This document shows positions 20,125 through 29,760 of a DNA stretch of 58,820 nt, piece after piece. A program made the position numbers and the translations under genes. The notes beneath the pieces were generated by a model. It saw only the letters and a program-made list of their open reading frames with translations, was not told the DNA's origin and did not search any database. The stretch lies in the IMG/VR virus record IMGVR_UViG_3300042923_001809, positions 1-58,820 of that record; one strand, given 5' to 3'. The first letter of the stretch is position 1, and each line of letters starts with the position of its first letter. Origin of the DNA: a virus (taxonomy: Duplodnaviria > Caudoviricetes).

Positions 20125-22380
20125 TCAACTTACAAACCATGTAGCATTAAACGTCAGCCACTCTGTTCCTGCAATGCTTGTTGCATAGGCATTTGTTCCA
20201 TATCTGCTACAGGAGCACACACCTGCGTTAGTTATCTGTAACAGCCAGGTATTAATTCCTGATCCCTGACATCTTACCGTAACATACCCTGACATGGGTC
20301 TATACGCGCTAGGCAAGGTGTAGAAGCTTAAGTTTGTTGCAGAATTTATAGCAGCTCCTGCAGCAGGTAGCAAAGCTCCATGAAAATGAACCGTTTTCCC
20401 TACTTTTCTTAATCTTGGGCGTTGAGCAGTAGAATAAATCGTAAAACTGTTTTCCAAATCTGTGTCCGATAATTCAATATACCCTGTATCCCCACCATAA
20501 ATAATGCCCGTAGTAGAGTCACCATTAACACATACTGCCCCTCCCTCAAGGTTGAGATACATAGGGGAAGCTGAACCATTATTTCGGGCTTGTATTTCGT
20601 TTGCATCGAAAACCATGTTCGCACTGGTGGAAGTGCCAATCTGTAATGGATTATCCGTTGATGTAAGGCTGACATCACGGTTTGGTAGCTGTAACTTATA
20701 AAATGCACCATCCTCACTGTAGGTAGCCGTTTTTACCACCCCATTATCAACAGCTGATACTGTGAATGTCTGACCACCATATGAGAAGGTAGATGATACC
20801 GCTGGAAGATTTGCCACAAGAATTAGTGCCCCGTTTGCGGGATCAGAAATCAGATTTCCTGATTCACTGAATGCATACAAACCATTCAAATAAGCAGTTC
20901 CGTAATCCGATAGCCAGATATAGATATCCCATATTGTCTTGGTGGAACTTGCTGATTTTACAATCTTTATATCTGTTGAAAGAAAAGGACTTTTATCCCT
21001 TGTATAGGACTGCACAAAGGACTGTATGGACATTGTTGCAAAGGAGGACGTCGAATAAACATAACCTTCTATCGTACCTGACTTTGGAGTTGTCCCCGTC
21101 CCAAAGTAATCAAACTTAAAAGCAATACGGTTATAAGAACCATTAACCACCACTCTTGTTGCATGAAAGTATTTTGCTTGAGTAGGGTCATTCCCTCCGG
21201 CAGTTGAGGTATTCACAGCCAACTTTGCAGAGCTTATCATGACACCGCTTAAAAACCTCTGTAAATCAGCCCAGCTATTTTCATCCACCAGCAAATCCGA
21301 AATACCCGCCGGAGCACCAAGAGCCGTCCTTACCTGACTAAAATCAGATTTAATCTTCTGTGTTATCGTAAGTTCTGCTTTTCCAAAGGTAACACTGATG
21401 CTCTGTCCGTCCCTGTCACAGCTTTCGTCTATCTCCACAATGCGAGTGGTCATGGATATACCCCACTTTTTCGAGATAACTTGTACTGTCTGACCAAGAT
21501 CATAATCCGTTTTATAAATTAAATTCCCATGGTTATTTACGGTAACATCAAAAGACTGCGCTGTGGCAAGTTCCGCAAGCCTTGTCTGCCCCCGATAGGT
21601 TAAAGTGTCCGTATAATCGGAAGGAAAATCTGCAGAGCGAAGATCCTTTGCATCTATAAAGGCTTCTCTTCGATTTTCTCCAGTACCATTTGTGATATAT
21701 GCAAAGATACGGTCTGCATCGCTCTCCCCTTCTCCTCCTATTTTGGCGGTATTTACATACCCTACTGTATTTTTTGTAAAGGTCTGATCAAGTAGGTTCT
21801 CATATTCCTTTGAAAATACAGCCTGAGAAGACTCTCCGATATAAAGTGTTACCGTAAGGTGCCCCGATGATGGTTCAAATACAGTTTTGATACCTACGGA
21901 TGATGCATCACAAAGTTCTAGTATTTCATCCAGAAGGTTGTTATAGGAAACCTGTTTTTTCACTGGTTTACTTAAAGATGATGATGAAAAGCTTAGGTTA
22001 GTAATCTTACGATTAGTGTCTGTAGGTGATATGACATTATGGTTTATTAGCTGTCCGATACAGGCTGAAAGATCACCGCTTAGGGTTTCCGTATTCCAAA
22101 TGATACGCCTACTTAGTAGTGCAGTGGCAAACCTCCCACTAACCGTGATGCTCTCACTATCAGTCTGCGACAGCTGCAGATATTCGATTAACCCTACTTC
22201 CTCATCGTCATTTTTCCAGATATAATTTCCTTCCTGAAGAAGGGTTGCGTTCTCGGAAGATGCATTTGCTTTTAGTTCAAAGGAACCGCACTGAGAGTAT
22301 CGTCTGGTCCATCTTAGATACTCAAAGGATTCCACAACTCCGATTAAGGCACGGTTCTGATTAAATACATATAGTTCCAT
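20125..22380 (-). CDS. Siphovirus Gp37-like tail (Tal/hub) protein with a C-terminal receptor-binding-like extension
   Basis: Follows Dit; SFEYLRWTRRY..G.FEL, YDLGQ.V; beta-rich C-terminal ~390 aa. Confidence 0.8.
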   Translation of the reverse strand: MELYVFNQNRALIGVVESFEYLRWTRRYSQCGSFELKANASSENATLLQEGNYIWKNDDEEVGLIEYLQLSQTDSESITVSGRFATALLSRRIIWNTETLSGDLSACIGQLINHNVISPTDTNRKITNLSFSSSSLSKPVKKQVSYNNLLDEILELCDASSVGIKTVFEPSSGHLTVTLYIGESSQAVFSKEYENLLDQTFTKNTVGYVNTAKIGGEGESDADRIFAYITNGTGENRREAFIDAKDLRSADFPSDYTDTLTYRGQTRLAELATAQSFDVTVNNHGNLIYKTDYDLGQTVQVISKKWGISMTTRIVEIDESCDRDGQSISVTFGKAELTITQKIKSDFSQVRTALGAPAGISDLLVDENSWADLQRFLSGVMISSAKLAVNTSTAGGNDPTQAKYFHATRVVVNGSYNRIAFKFDYFGTGTTPKSGTIEGYVYSTSSFATMSIQSFVQSYTRDKSPFLSTDIKIVKSASSTKTIWDIYIWLSDYGTAYLNGLYAFSESGNLISDPANGALILVANLPAVSSTFSYGGQTFTVSAVDNGVVKTATYSEDGAFYKLQLPNRDVSLTSTDNPLQIGTSTSANMVFDANEIQARNNGSASPMYLNLEGGAVCVNGDSTTGIIYGGDTGYIELSDTDLENSFTIYSTAQRPRLRKVGKTVHFHGALLPAAGAAINSATNLSFYTLPSAYRPMSGYVTVRCQGSGINTWLLQITNAGVCSCSRYGTNAYATSIAGTEWLTFNATWFVS

Positions 22381-22383
22381 AAG

Positions 22384-23235
22384 CTACACCCCCAGAAACT
22401 GTGGACGATAATAAATACTGACATCAAGTAGTTCAAGATTAGCTGATGCATCATAACGAAGGTTGTTTATTCCAGGTGCGAGCTGAAAAAAATCCGAATC
22501 GGTATCCAACAGATAAAAGGCATTGCTCTGTGTAGTACCGATGATGCTTATCACCCGTTTTCCTGCAAAGTGTGTATATATGTGAAATTCATCCCCTGAA
22601 CTCATCGTGGTGAGAATTTTTACATACTCTCCGGTATCTAAATACAGAAGCTCCGGATTTGTAACAGAGCCAAGTGCCTTGAATACAATCTCACAACCAC
22701 AAGGTACATCACCGATGTTATCCAATGCAATAATCTGACTTGGCTGTCTTGCTCCAAATTCCATACCACTCACTGGTATCTCTAAATCAAACTCAAGCAT
22801 TGCATCCCAAGAGGCAAGCTCCTGTCTCACCTCTTCGAGCAATTCAAAGAAAGGTGAAGGACAAAGTAAACTTAAGAAAAACTTTGGTATTCTCTCTCTT
22901 ACAGATACAATCAGTGTTACTTCCTCCACAATGCAAGAAATCTGCCTATCACGATAGCATAAGATCCCCGACTTCTTTGGACTGAAAAAGCGAAGGAATT
23001 CTTTTCGTAGCTCATAGGCTTTACTTGCATCTTCTGCTACAATCGTTCCCTCTAATGTGATGTTTCGCATATCCAGGGTGGAAGATACGAAAAAAGCACC
23101 ATCTTGCTCCGGTGCTTTGAAGGTATTGATAATGTTTCGGATACTTCCCGTTCCATCCATCTTTTCTAAAAAATAGGGTTTTGCTTGCTTTATCGTAAGA
23201 CTTTCTCCATTGGAATTAATATAGGTTATTTCCAC
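22384..23235 (-). CDS. Distal tail protein (Dit)
   Basis: Follows the tape measure gene; QDG, CPSPFF, L.PG.N.L.Y. Confidence 0.85.
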   Translation of the reverse strand: MEITYINSNGESLTIKQAKPYFLEKMDGTGSIRNIINTFKAPEQDGAFFVSSTLDMRNITLEGTIVAEDASKAYELRKEFLRFFSPKKSGILCYRDRQISCIVEEVTLIVSVRERIPKFFLSLLCPSPFFELLEEVRQELASWDAMLEFDLEIPVSGMEFGARQPSQIIALDNIGDVPCGCEIVFKALGSVTNPELLYLDTGEYVKILTTMSSGDEFHIYTHFAGKRVISIIGTTQSNAFYLLDTDSDFFQLAPGINNLRYDASANLELLDVSIYYRPQFLGV

Positions 23236-23249
23236 AAGAGCCCTCCTTC

Positions 23250-25676
23250 CTAATATGACATGGCTAACTTCTGTGATAGGTTCTTGAACTCTCTTGCCAG
23301 TTCCTTTTCAGAGAGAGCCTTAGGTGTCACAACAGAAAGATTTTGTGTGATGTTTGTACCGGTAGGTGCAATTCCCCCTTGTCTGGCTTGACTGCTGTAA
23401 TTTAAATCAAGGTTAGTTGGAATCGCATTTTGCATATCTCTCGCAACATCTGCCATAGCAGCTTCAAATCCCACACCAATTCCTTCACCCATGTTATGAC
23501 CTAGTCCTGCAAACAGAGTGGATGGTGAATGGATACCAAAAAAGTCTTTAATACTTGATACCACACCTCCAAAAAAGCCGGAGATTTTTTCTCGTAACCA
23601 TCCTCCTGCATCCGAAATACCATTCCATAAACCATGAATCAAATCGGTTCCTACCTGCTTTATATCTTCAAGCGAATCCGTAAAACCTTTTACAATCCCC
23701 TCGATAATCTGTGGTACTGCTTTGACTATTTCTACAATAATGGTAGGTAAATTTTCAATGAGTGCAACAAAGAGTTGAACTCCAGCTAAGATTATCTTAT
23801 CGATATTACTTACAACGGCACTCACCAGAGAGCCAACGATTTGTGGAATTGCTGGCACAATCGTTGCAATGATCGTAGGTAGTGCTTGAATGAGGGCTAC
23901 TAATAACTTGATACCTGCGTCAATAATAATTGGAATAGACTTAATCACTGCAGTGATAATACTATTCACAATTTTAGGAATGGCCGGAACAATCGCCGTT
24001 ATAATGGTAGGTAGTGCGGTCACCAAGGAAGTCAGTAATTGAATACCTGCATCAATAATCAGAGGAATGGACTCCACAAGAAAATTTACAAGCGCTGTAA
24101 TAATAGCAGGCAAAGCAGAAACAAGCTGAGGAATTGCATCAAGTAGTCCTTGTGCCAAACCAAGAATCAGCTGTAAGGCTGCCTCCAGGAGCATAGGCAG
24201 GTTATCTACCAAACCTTGTACGATGGTTGTAATTGCACCTACTGCCACTGGTATAAGCTGTGGCAAAGTCTCACCGATGCCACTCACAAGAGCCGTCACA
24301 AGTTGCACCGCTGCATCAATGAGAAGAGGTAGGCTTTCAATCAAAGCACCAACGATTGTCATCACTGCGTCAACAACGGCTGGGATAAGTTCTGGAAGTA
24401 GACTTAAAATAGTTTGCAATACCTGTGTGAACAGTTCCGTTACAGTTTCAAGTAGCATTGGCAAGAGTTCACCTACCGCTTGTAAAATTGCTCCTGTAGC
24501 CTGTGGTAGGGCTTTCACGATATTCTCAAGCACAGGCACGATATTTTTTACCACGACCTGAAAGGCATCCACAAGATTTTCTGTCAGGTTTGTCATATCA
24601 GCATCTGCGTTTCCAAGTCCCGCTGTAAAGCTACCGACTGCGGCTTGCAGAAGACCAATAGAGCCTGTGACAGTTTGTGTTGCCTCACGGGCGAAGTTTC
24701 CTGCATATTGCTCCGTGTTCTCAAAGAACATCTGCATGGCAACTTCTGCTTTTTCCGCTTGCGTTGCAGTATTCCAGGTAAAATCCAATCCTTTAGCAAG
24801 TGCATAGGCTTCGATATTAGTAGCGTTCATGGCAACACCGAGATTATCCATCATGTCGAAATTTCCCTTTGCAGCACCTGTAACAGCCTCCATTGCCATA
24901 GACATATCAATACCCATGACGGATGCCATATCCGCAGCACGTTGCATTGCTTTTTTAGTGAGTTCCAGTGATTTTTGTTGTTCAATGCCACTACCTTGAA
25001 ACAATGCCCCCATTTTGTTGGCTGTGGCGAGATATTGGCTTTGAGACACACCGAGGTTTTTATAAGCCTCCTCTCCAGACTTCTGAATGGAGCTAGCATA
25101 CTTTCCAAATACAGCTTCACTGCCACCGAGGTTTTGCTCTAGTTCGCCAAATTGTTGAACGACATCTTTACCCAGTTTAATTGCCACAGCACCTATGGCA
25201 ACAGTAACAGCACCCATTGCCACACCGATGCCTTTAAGGACTCCACCCATCTTTTCAAACTTACCACCGGACTTCTCAGCTTCATCACCTGTTGCTTTCA
25301 GTTCATCACCAAGCTCATCGATATTCTCAGTAGTCTCTGCAAGTTCACGCTCCATTCCGTTAAGTTCAGCCTGAGCCTTATTTAGCTGTATCTGCCAATT
25401 CTGTGTACGGCGGTCGTTTTCGCCAAAAGAGGAAGATGCATTGTCAAGTGCAGCCTTGAGGGTAGAGATTTTCTCCTTTTGTGCATCGATTTCTTTATTT
25501 AGAACTGCATTACGGGCGGTGAGTGCAGTAATGGATTTATCGTTTTTATCAAACTGACTAGTCACGAGTGTCATCTCACTACCTAGTACCTTAAAGGATT
25601 GGTTAATATCAGAGAGTGCCTTTTTAAACTCACGTTCCCCTTCAACACCAATTTTTAATCCAAAATTATCTGGCAT
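23250..25676 (-). CDS. Tail tape measure protein
   Basis: FGLKIGVEGEREFK start, hydrophobic LP.I repeats, FFGIHSPS. Confidence 0.93.
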   Translation of the reverse strand: MPDNFGLKIGVEGEREFKKALSDINQSFKVLGSEMTLVTSQFDKNDKSITALTARNAVLNKEIDAQKEKISTLKAALDNASSSFGENDRRTQNWQIQLNKAQAELNGMERELAETTENIDELGDELKATGDEAEKSGGKFEKMGGVLKGIGVAMGAVTVAIGAVAIKLGKDVVQQFGELEQNLGGSEAVFGKYASSIQKSGEEAYKNLGVSQSQYLATANKMGALFQGSGIEQQKSLELTKKAMQRAADMASVMGIDMSMAMEAVTGAAKGNFDMMDNLGVAMNATNIEAYALAKGLDFTWNTATQAEKAEVAMQMFFENTEQYAGNFAREATQTVTGSIGLLQAAVGSFTAGLGNADADMTNLTENLVDAFQVVVKNIVPVLENIVKALPQATGAILQAVGELLPMLLETVTELFTQVLQTILSLLPELIPAVVDAVMTIVGALIESLPLLIDAAVQLVTALVSGIGETLPQLIPVAVGAITTIVQGLVDNLPMLLEAALQLILGLAQGLLDAIPQLVSALPAIITALVNFLVESIPLIIDAGIQLLTSLVTALPTIITAIVPAIPKIVNSIITAVIKSIPIIIDAGIKLLVALIQALPTIIATIVPAIPQIVGSLVSAVVSNIDKIILAGVQLFVALIENLPTIIVEIVKAVPQIIEGIVKGFTDSLEDIKQVGTDLIHGLWNGISDAGGWLREKISGFFGGVVSSIKDFFGIHSPSTLFAGLGHNMGEGIGVGFEAAMADVARDMQNAIPTNLDLNYSSQARQGGIAPTGTNITQNLSVVTPKALSEKELAREFKNLSQKLAMSY

Positions 25677-25702
25677 GCCGCCTCACCTCCAAAAAAGGCA
25701 TG

Positions 25703-25730
25703 AAAAAGGAGCAACCTTTTTGATTGCTCC
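25703..25730 (-). terminator. Terminator after the moron, ahead of the tape measure RBS
   Basis: ggagcaa...ttgctcc with a U-tract on the minus strand. Confidence 0.6.
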
Positions 25731-25796
25731 AGATTAAACCTTATCTATTTTTTATACTACTTATTATGGTTACAATTGGAATTTGTAAGCGTTCCA

Positions 25797-26765
25797 TTAT
25801 GCTCTTAATTGTGTCTGTTCAAATATCCTTAAGCACAAATACGTAAGATAAGGTGAGGGTGTTTTCTTTTGTCCGAAATCTAAACCTTTATACTTTTGAT
25901 ATACCGCTTCTGGTGTAAAAAAACCATTTTCATCCTGTTTGTTTTGAATAAGTGAAAGCATTTCTTTGAAACGGGTGTCGTTTCTAACGCTTTCATATCT
26001 ACTCAATACATCTGTCACACTTACAATGTCATACCATATGGCTGGTGCTTTCAATTTGCGGAAATCAGTTCCCATGTAAAACATATATGGATGCTTGTCT
26101 AAACTGCTTTCCCATAGGGAAAGTAATGTACTGGCAATATTCTTGGCAATGTCGCTGCATTGATATTCAGGAATATGGGACAGTAATCTTGCCATTATTA
26201 GCGTTGCATATGGGCAACAGTCTTCTTTTTTTCCTGGGCCTCTAAATTTCCCAAGATCAGAGGATACTGTACAAGGAAATCCATTCACTTTATAAAATGA
26301 TACAAGATAATCAACACCAGCTTTAATATGTTTATCATAGTCAATACCAGCTTTTACAAGAGCTAGGAGCAATAATGGTGCATCGCATAAACACCAACTA
26401 AATGTATCTTCTCCACTGCCTCCAAAGTGCTTTGGAATATTAATAAGCGACTGGTACACACCATTTTCATCTTGATGTTTCATAATTTCATCCACTGCAA
26501 TTTGGATCTCCGGAACAGTAGTGTCCAATCCAATATCCAATAGAAAATGAAGCTTGTGTATAGGCAAATCAGGATTTTTGTGATTAGTTACTAGAGTGCT
26601 ATGAAAATCAGTAATATCGCGTAAGTACGATTGTATCAGTTCACAATCTAATGTTCGAATTTTTTGCTCAATTAAATTGTCTTTATTTTCATGTAAAAGA
26701 TGAAGTTGGATGGCATACTTTAGCCAGTCATCACTCATGTCTAATAACTTCCTATATAGTAGCAT
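25797..26765 (-). CDS. Moron: alpha/alpha-toroid (prenyltransferase/terpene-cyclase-repeat-like) protein
   Basis: HQDENG and KQDENG QW-like repeats; AT-rich insert between the tail chaperone and tape measure genes. Confidence 0.65.
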   Translation of the reverse strand: MLLYRKLLDMSDDWLKYAIQLHLLHENKDNLIEQKIRTLDCELIQSYLRDITDFHSTLVTNHKNPDLPIHKLHFLLDIGLDTTVPEIQIAVDEIMKHQDENGVYQSLINIPKHFGGSGEDTFSWCLCDAPLLLLALVKAGIDYDKHIKAGVDYLVSFYKVNGFPCTVSSDLGKFRGPGKKEDCCPYATLIMARLLSHIPEYQCSDIAKNIASTLLSLWESSLDKHPYMFYMGTDFRKLKAPAIWYDIVSVTDVLSRYESVRNDTRFKEMLSLIQNKQDENGFFTPEAVYQKYKGLDFGQKKTPSPYLTYLCLRIFEQTQLRA

Positions 26766-26885
26766 ACTATTCTCCCTGTTATAAAAATTCGGATTTATTC
26801 ATACACCACAGTTCAAAACTGCTTAATAAATTCTGATTTGTAATCCTATCTCCTAAAAATCAGCATATCACATTTTGTATTATTT

Positions 26886-27095
26886 TTAAATGCCCAGCGG
26901 GATAATGTCATCAATCGTAATAATTTTCTTTGGCTTTTCCAACCTAAGGAACTGTTTATGGCATGCCCATAGGTCAAAAAACAAACCAATGGGTATAAGC
27001 CAGAATTCATCTGTGCTCATACCCATCTGCACTGTTCCATAATAATAAAGCCGGGTAAAGACTTCATTGTCCGTTACCCGACTTCCACGTTTTTT
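26886..27095 (-). CDS. Tail assembly chaperone, -1 frameshift extension (gpGT-like)
   Basis: A AAA AAC at 27095-27089; the -1 frame stays open as RGSRVTDNEVFTRLYYYG..DDIIPLGI*. Confidence 0.8.
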   Translation of the reverse strand, partial: KKRGSRVTDNEVFTRLYYYGTVQMGMSTDEFWLIPIGLFFDLWACHKQFLRLEKPKKIITIDDIIPLGI

Positions 27096-27466
27096 GTTGC
27101 AATGCCTTCTTCCTCACTTTCCACATTTCGCTTGGTACCTCGAAACATGGCTTCGGTAATCGCATTTTTATATGCTGCTAAATCAAGTGGAGAAGTCAGT
27201 AGTTCCACCTCTTCCTCAGTTAGCAAATCTTCTGGTGTATTCTTGTTTTTAAGGTTGTGGATTAGAATTGACTGATTAGCCAAAAGTGTCAAAAGCCACA
27301 CAATCTCATCCAATGCCATTTCAAAATTCTCAGATTTCATTAGTTTTTCTCCGAGGTTCTCAAGACCTCCATATCGATTTGCTATAGCTTTTGTAGCACG
27401 CGTAGTTAATATCAGTTCAAACTCTTTATCACCAATCTTAATCGTGGCACTTCTATCATGATCCAT
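27074..27466 (-). CDS. Tail assembly chaperone (gpG-like)
   Basis: Between major tail and tape measure genes; ends at the slippery site. Confidence 0.85.
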   Translation of the reverse strand: MDHDRSATIKIGDKEFELILTTRATKAIANRYGGLENLGEKLMKSENFEMALDEIVWLLTLLANQSILIHNLKNKNTPEDLLTEEEVELLTSPLDLAAYKNAITEAMFRGTKRNVESEEEGIATKNVEVG

Positions 27467-27481
27467 TATTTTTTCCTCCCA

Positions 27482-28072
27482 TTATGGTGCTGGTGTATAG
27501 ACTGGTTCATAAACCTGTGTATACCAACCGGTGATAACAAGAGCTGGAACACCTGCATCCCCTTCGGTAACTTCTGCTTTCCATGGGTGTTTCCCATTAC
27601 CATCTAATTTATTTCTTCGCATCACCGTTCCCTCAATGGTAGGTGTAGAAAAGGTGATGGATTCACCCTTCGTCTGTAAATTGGTCGCAGGGAGACCAAA
27701 TTTCACGCGATAAAGCCAAAAATAACGGTACTTCCCATTGGCTTTCTTAGCGCGAAAACCGACTGCGACTGGTGCTCCCGTACTTTCACTGGCAGAGATC
27801 AATACTCCGTTATCATCTGCTGTTGCTCCGGTTAAATCCGAAGCTACTGACGTGCCAATATCGTCAATACCAAGAGAAAGTGTCCCATTGTTAAAATCCT
27901 TTACTACTTCAGCAGCACCATCATCTGCATATAGAATTGCTTCTACTAGTTCCACCGATAACTCAGCACTTATTGCTTTGGCTAATACTTTGGGAGTGCC
28001 ATAAGTTTCTTCTCCTAAGGTATCTTCTGTAATTGATGCATAGTATAATTTATCAAGACCAATTGTTGCCAT
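27482..28072 (-). CDS. Major tail protein (phi13 family)
   Basis: MATIGLDKLYYA, LYADDG, YFWLYRVKF. Confidence 0.92.
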   Translation of the reverse strand: MATIGLDKLYYASITEDTLGEETYGTPKVLAKAISAELSVELVEAILYADDGAAEVVKDFNNGTLSLGIDDIGTSVASDLTGATADDNGVLISASESTGAPVAVGFRAKKANGKYRYFWLYRVKFGLPATNLQTKGESITFSTPTIEGTVMRRNKLDGNGKHPWKAEVTEGDAGVPALVITGWYTQVYEPVYTPAP

Positions 28073-28075
28073 TTA

Positions 28076-28417
28076 CTATTCCTCCAATCCGTAATATTTT
28101 TCTACATCTATCGCAACATGGTGATACCCCGTATCATTTTCGTACCCAAGGTAACGACGATCTGTCAACGTAAAGTCTAATTCAATCAGATCTCCCACAA
28201 TTTGCGCAATGATTTGCTGATAGTTTCCTTTGGAAAACAAGGATATCCTTGCTTCCTGTACATCAAAATTGGGTTGGTTATCTGCAAAGTATCCAAAGGT
28301 ATTTGCAATTGGTGTAATTACAACGTAGACGTCCGGCGCTGTATCACTAAATACCCCCGTTTCCACGGGAATTGGTAGGTTATTAAAATAACTGATAAGC
28401 TCTGTCAGAATACTCAT
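28076..28417 (-). CDS. Tail terminator/completion protein
   Basis: Position; ADN, YENDTGYHH. Confidence 0.75.
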   Translation of the reverse strand: MSILTELISYFNNLPIPVETGVFSDTAPDVYVVITPIANTFGYFADNQPNFDVQEARISLFSKGNYQQIIAQIVGDLIELDFTLTDRRYLGYENDTGYHHVAIDVEKYYGLEE

Positions 28418-28845
28418 ATCTTCCCTATCTCCTCATCGAGTTTTGATACGATAGCTGCAACACAGGCACGCCGAGAAGCGGATTTTGCAGGTGCCAGGAA
28501 TGGCTTTGCAGGCTGACCATGTTTCCCATACTCGATAATACTTGCTATTTTAGCATTGGAAACTCCATTGGAACGTGGCTCCGCAAAGCCTACCTTCACG
28601 TTATGATTGCTGTTCTTATCAATCATTGCTTTCGATAGTCCAAGCGATCTCTGGAGCTCTCCCGTGGCTTTTGAAGGATATTTTGTGTCACTACCAGTGA
28701 CAGATCGAAGATTATCCTTAACCTTGTTTAGCACCACTTCTCCTCCCGCCTCTAGCGCTTTTGGAAGTATCTCATCCGTTTGATTTCCTAGTCTAGATAC
28801 CTTTTGCAAAAAATCTTCTGGTAACTTTGCTTGCAACTTAGCCAT
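28414..28845 (-). CDS. HK97 gp10-family protein
   Basis: TGELQRSL, IEYG..QPAKPFL.PA. Confidence 0.88.
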   Translation of the reverse strand: MAKLQAKLPEDFLQKVSRLGNQTDEILPKALEAGGEVVLNKVKDNLRSVTGSDTKYPSKATGELQRSLGLSKAMIDKNSNHNVKVGFAEPRSNGVSNAKIASIIEYGKHGQPAKPFLAPAKSASRRACVAAIVSKLDEEIGKI

Positions 28846-28850
28846 TCTTA

Positions 28851-29186
28851 TCACCTCACGGAAGGTTCCAACTTCTCTGCAAGAACCTCGATATACATTT
28901 TTCTGCCACGAACATCTTCCGCACTTAGGATACGAAATCTCTCTCCCATGCAGACAATGGTCATTTTCGTGGTTACTATTAATCTGGGAATCCTACGAAA
29001 TCGAAAAAGAGCACTCGCATTTTGAAATACCGCTTGGTTTGCCCATCGCTCGCTACCATGACGCTCCTCTCGGTATGCCCGAACGGATGCCAATACCGTA
29101 TCCGTCTGTGTTGCAAACCCCTCACTGTCTTTTTGGGTAACTGTGTGAACAATATCAATTGGTGTACTCATCTTTCCGAAGCTCAT
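28851..29186 (-). CDS. Head closure / head-tail adaptor
   Basis: SFGKM, DSEGF, FRFR; position. Confidence 0.85.
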   Translation of the reverse strand: MSFGKMSTPIDIVHTVTQKDSEGFATQTDTVLASVRAYREERHGSERWANQAVFQNASALFRFRRIPRLIVTTKMTIVCMGERFRILSAEDVRGRKMYIEVLAEKLEPSVR

Positions 29187-29187
29187 A

Positions 29188-29508
29188 TCAAACACTCCAT
29201 TCCCGATCCAGTCTCAAAAGCATATTAACTGTGTTCCATACCTGCTGACTCGCCTGCACGTTATCGGCAAAAAAGCCTGCTGTCGAGCCATCTCTGCTTT
29301 CATAGAAATGGCCAGACAGCATAATAACCGCCTGCTCGGTGGTGGGTGGCATCATATGAGTTTCGTACCAACTAGCAACAATGTGCTGGTAGCTTTCCGC
29401 ATAGTTAACAGCAGCCGTAATGTAGCTTATGAGAAGTTCATCATCCTGATCATGTGTCAGGATCAGATTTGCTTTGACCCTTGGTAAAAGGTTATCTGCT
29501 ATTGCCAT
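29188..29508 (-). CDS. Head-tail connector (gp6-like)
   Basis: VKANL, DDELL..YI.AA..YAE, HFYESR. Confidence 0.88.
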   Translation of the reverse strand: MAIADNLLPRVKANLILTHDQDDELLISYITAAVNYAESYQHIVASWYETHMMPPTTEQAVIMLSGHFYESRDGSTAGFFADNVQASQQVWNTVNMLLRLDREWSV

Positions 29509-29534
29509 ATCGTCTGCCTCCTATTTGTTCACAT

Positions 29535-29747
29535 TTAGTCGGCTTCCATAAGCCCGGCAGCTTTTAACTTTGCAAGCAGTGCATTAAAATCAGAGACCAA
29601 TCCCGCTACATCTGTAGCTACGCTGTTTGCCTGATTTTCAGCAACCGGGAGCCCGGTTACCGTTGCTCCCGGAAGTATTTCAAGTGTTCCTCCGATTACC
29701 CACTTCTCAGCACCTTGTTGCATATAATTCTTTGAGTTATAGCTCAT
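29535..29747 (-). CDS. Head fibre/decoration protein
   Basis: NQANS.ATDVAGLVSDFNALLAKLKAAGLM after the capsid gene. Confidence 0.8.
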   Translation of the reverse strand: MSYNSKNYMQQGAEKWVIGGTLEILPGATVTGLPVAENQANSVATDVAGLVSDFNALLAKLKAAGLMEAD

Positions 29748-29760
29748 AAATCAGACCTCC

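Noticed and set aside
15170-22380. Diversity-generating retroelement or invertible tail-fibre shufflon
   Set aside because: No reverse transcriptase or adjacent invertase; no template/variable repeat pair or flanking inverted repeats seen by eye
23700-24560. Periodic repeats in the tape measure gene
   Set aside because: Ordinary amphipathic tape-measure repeats
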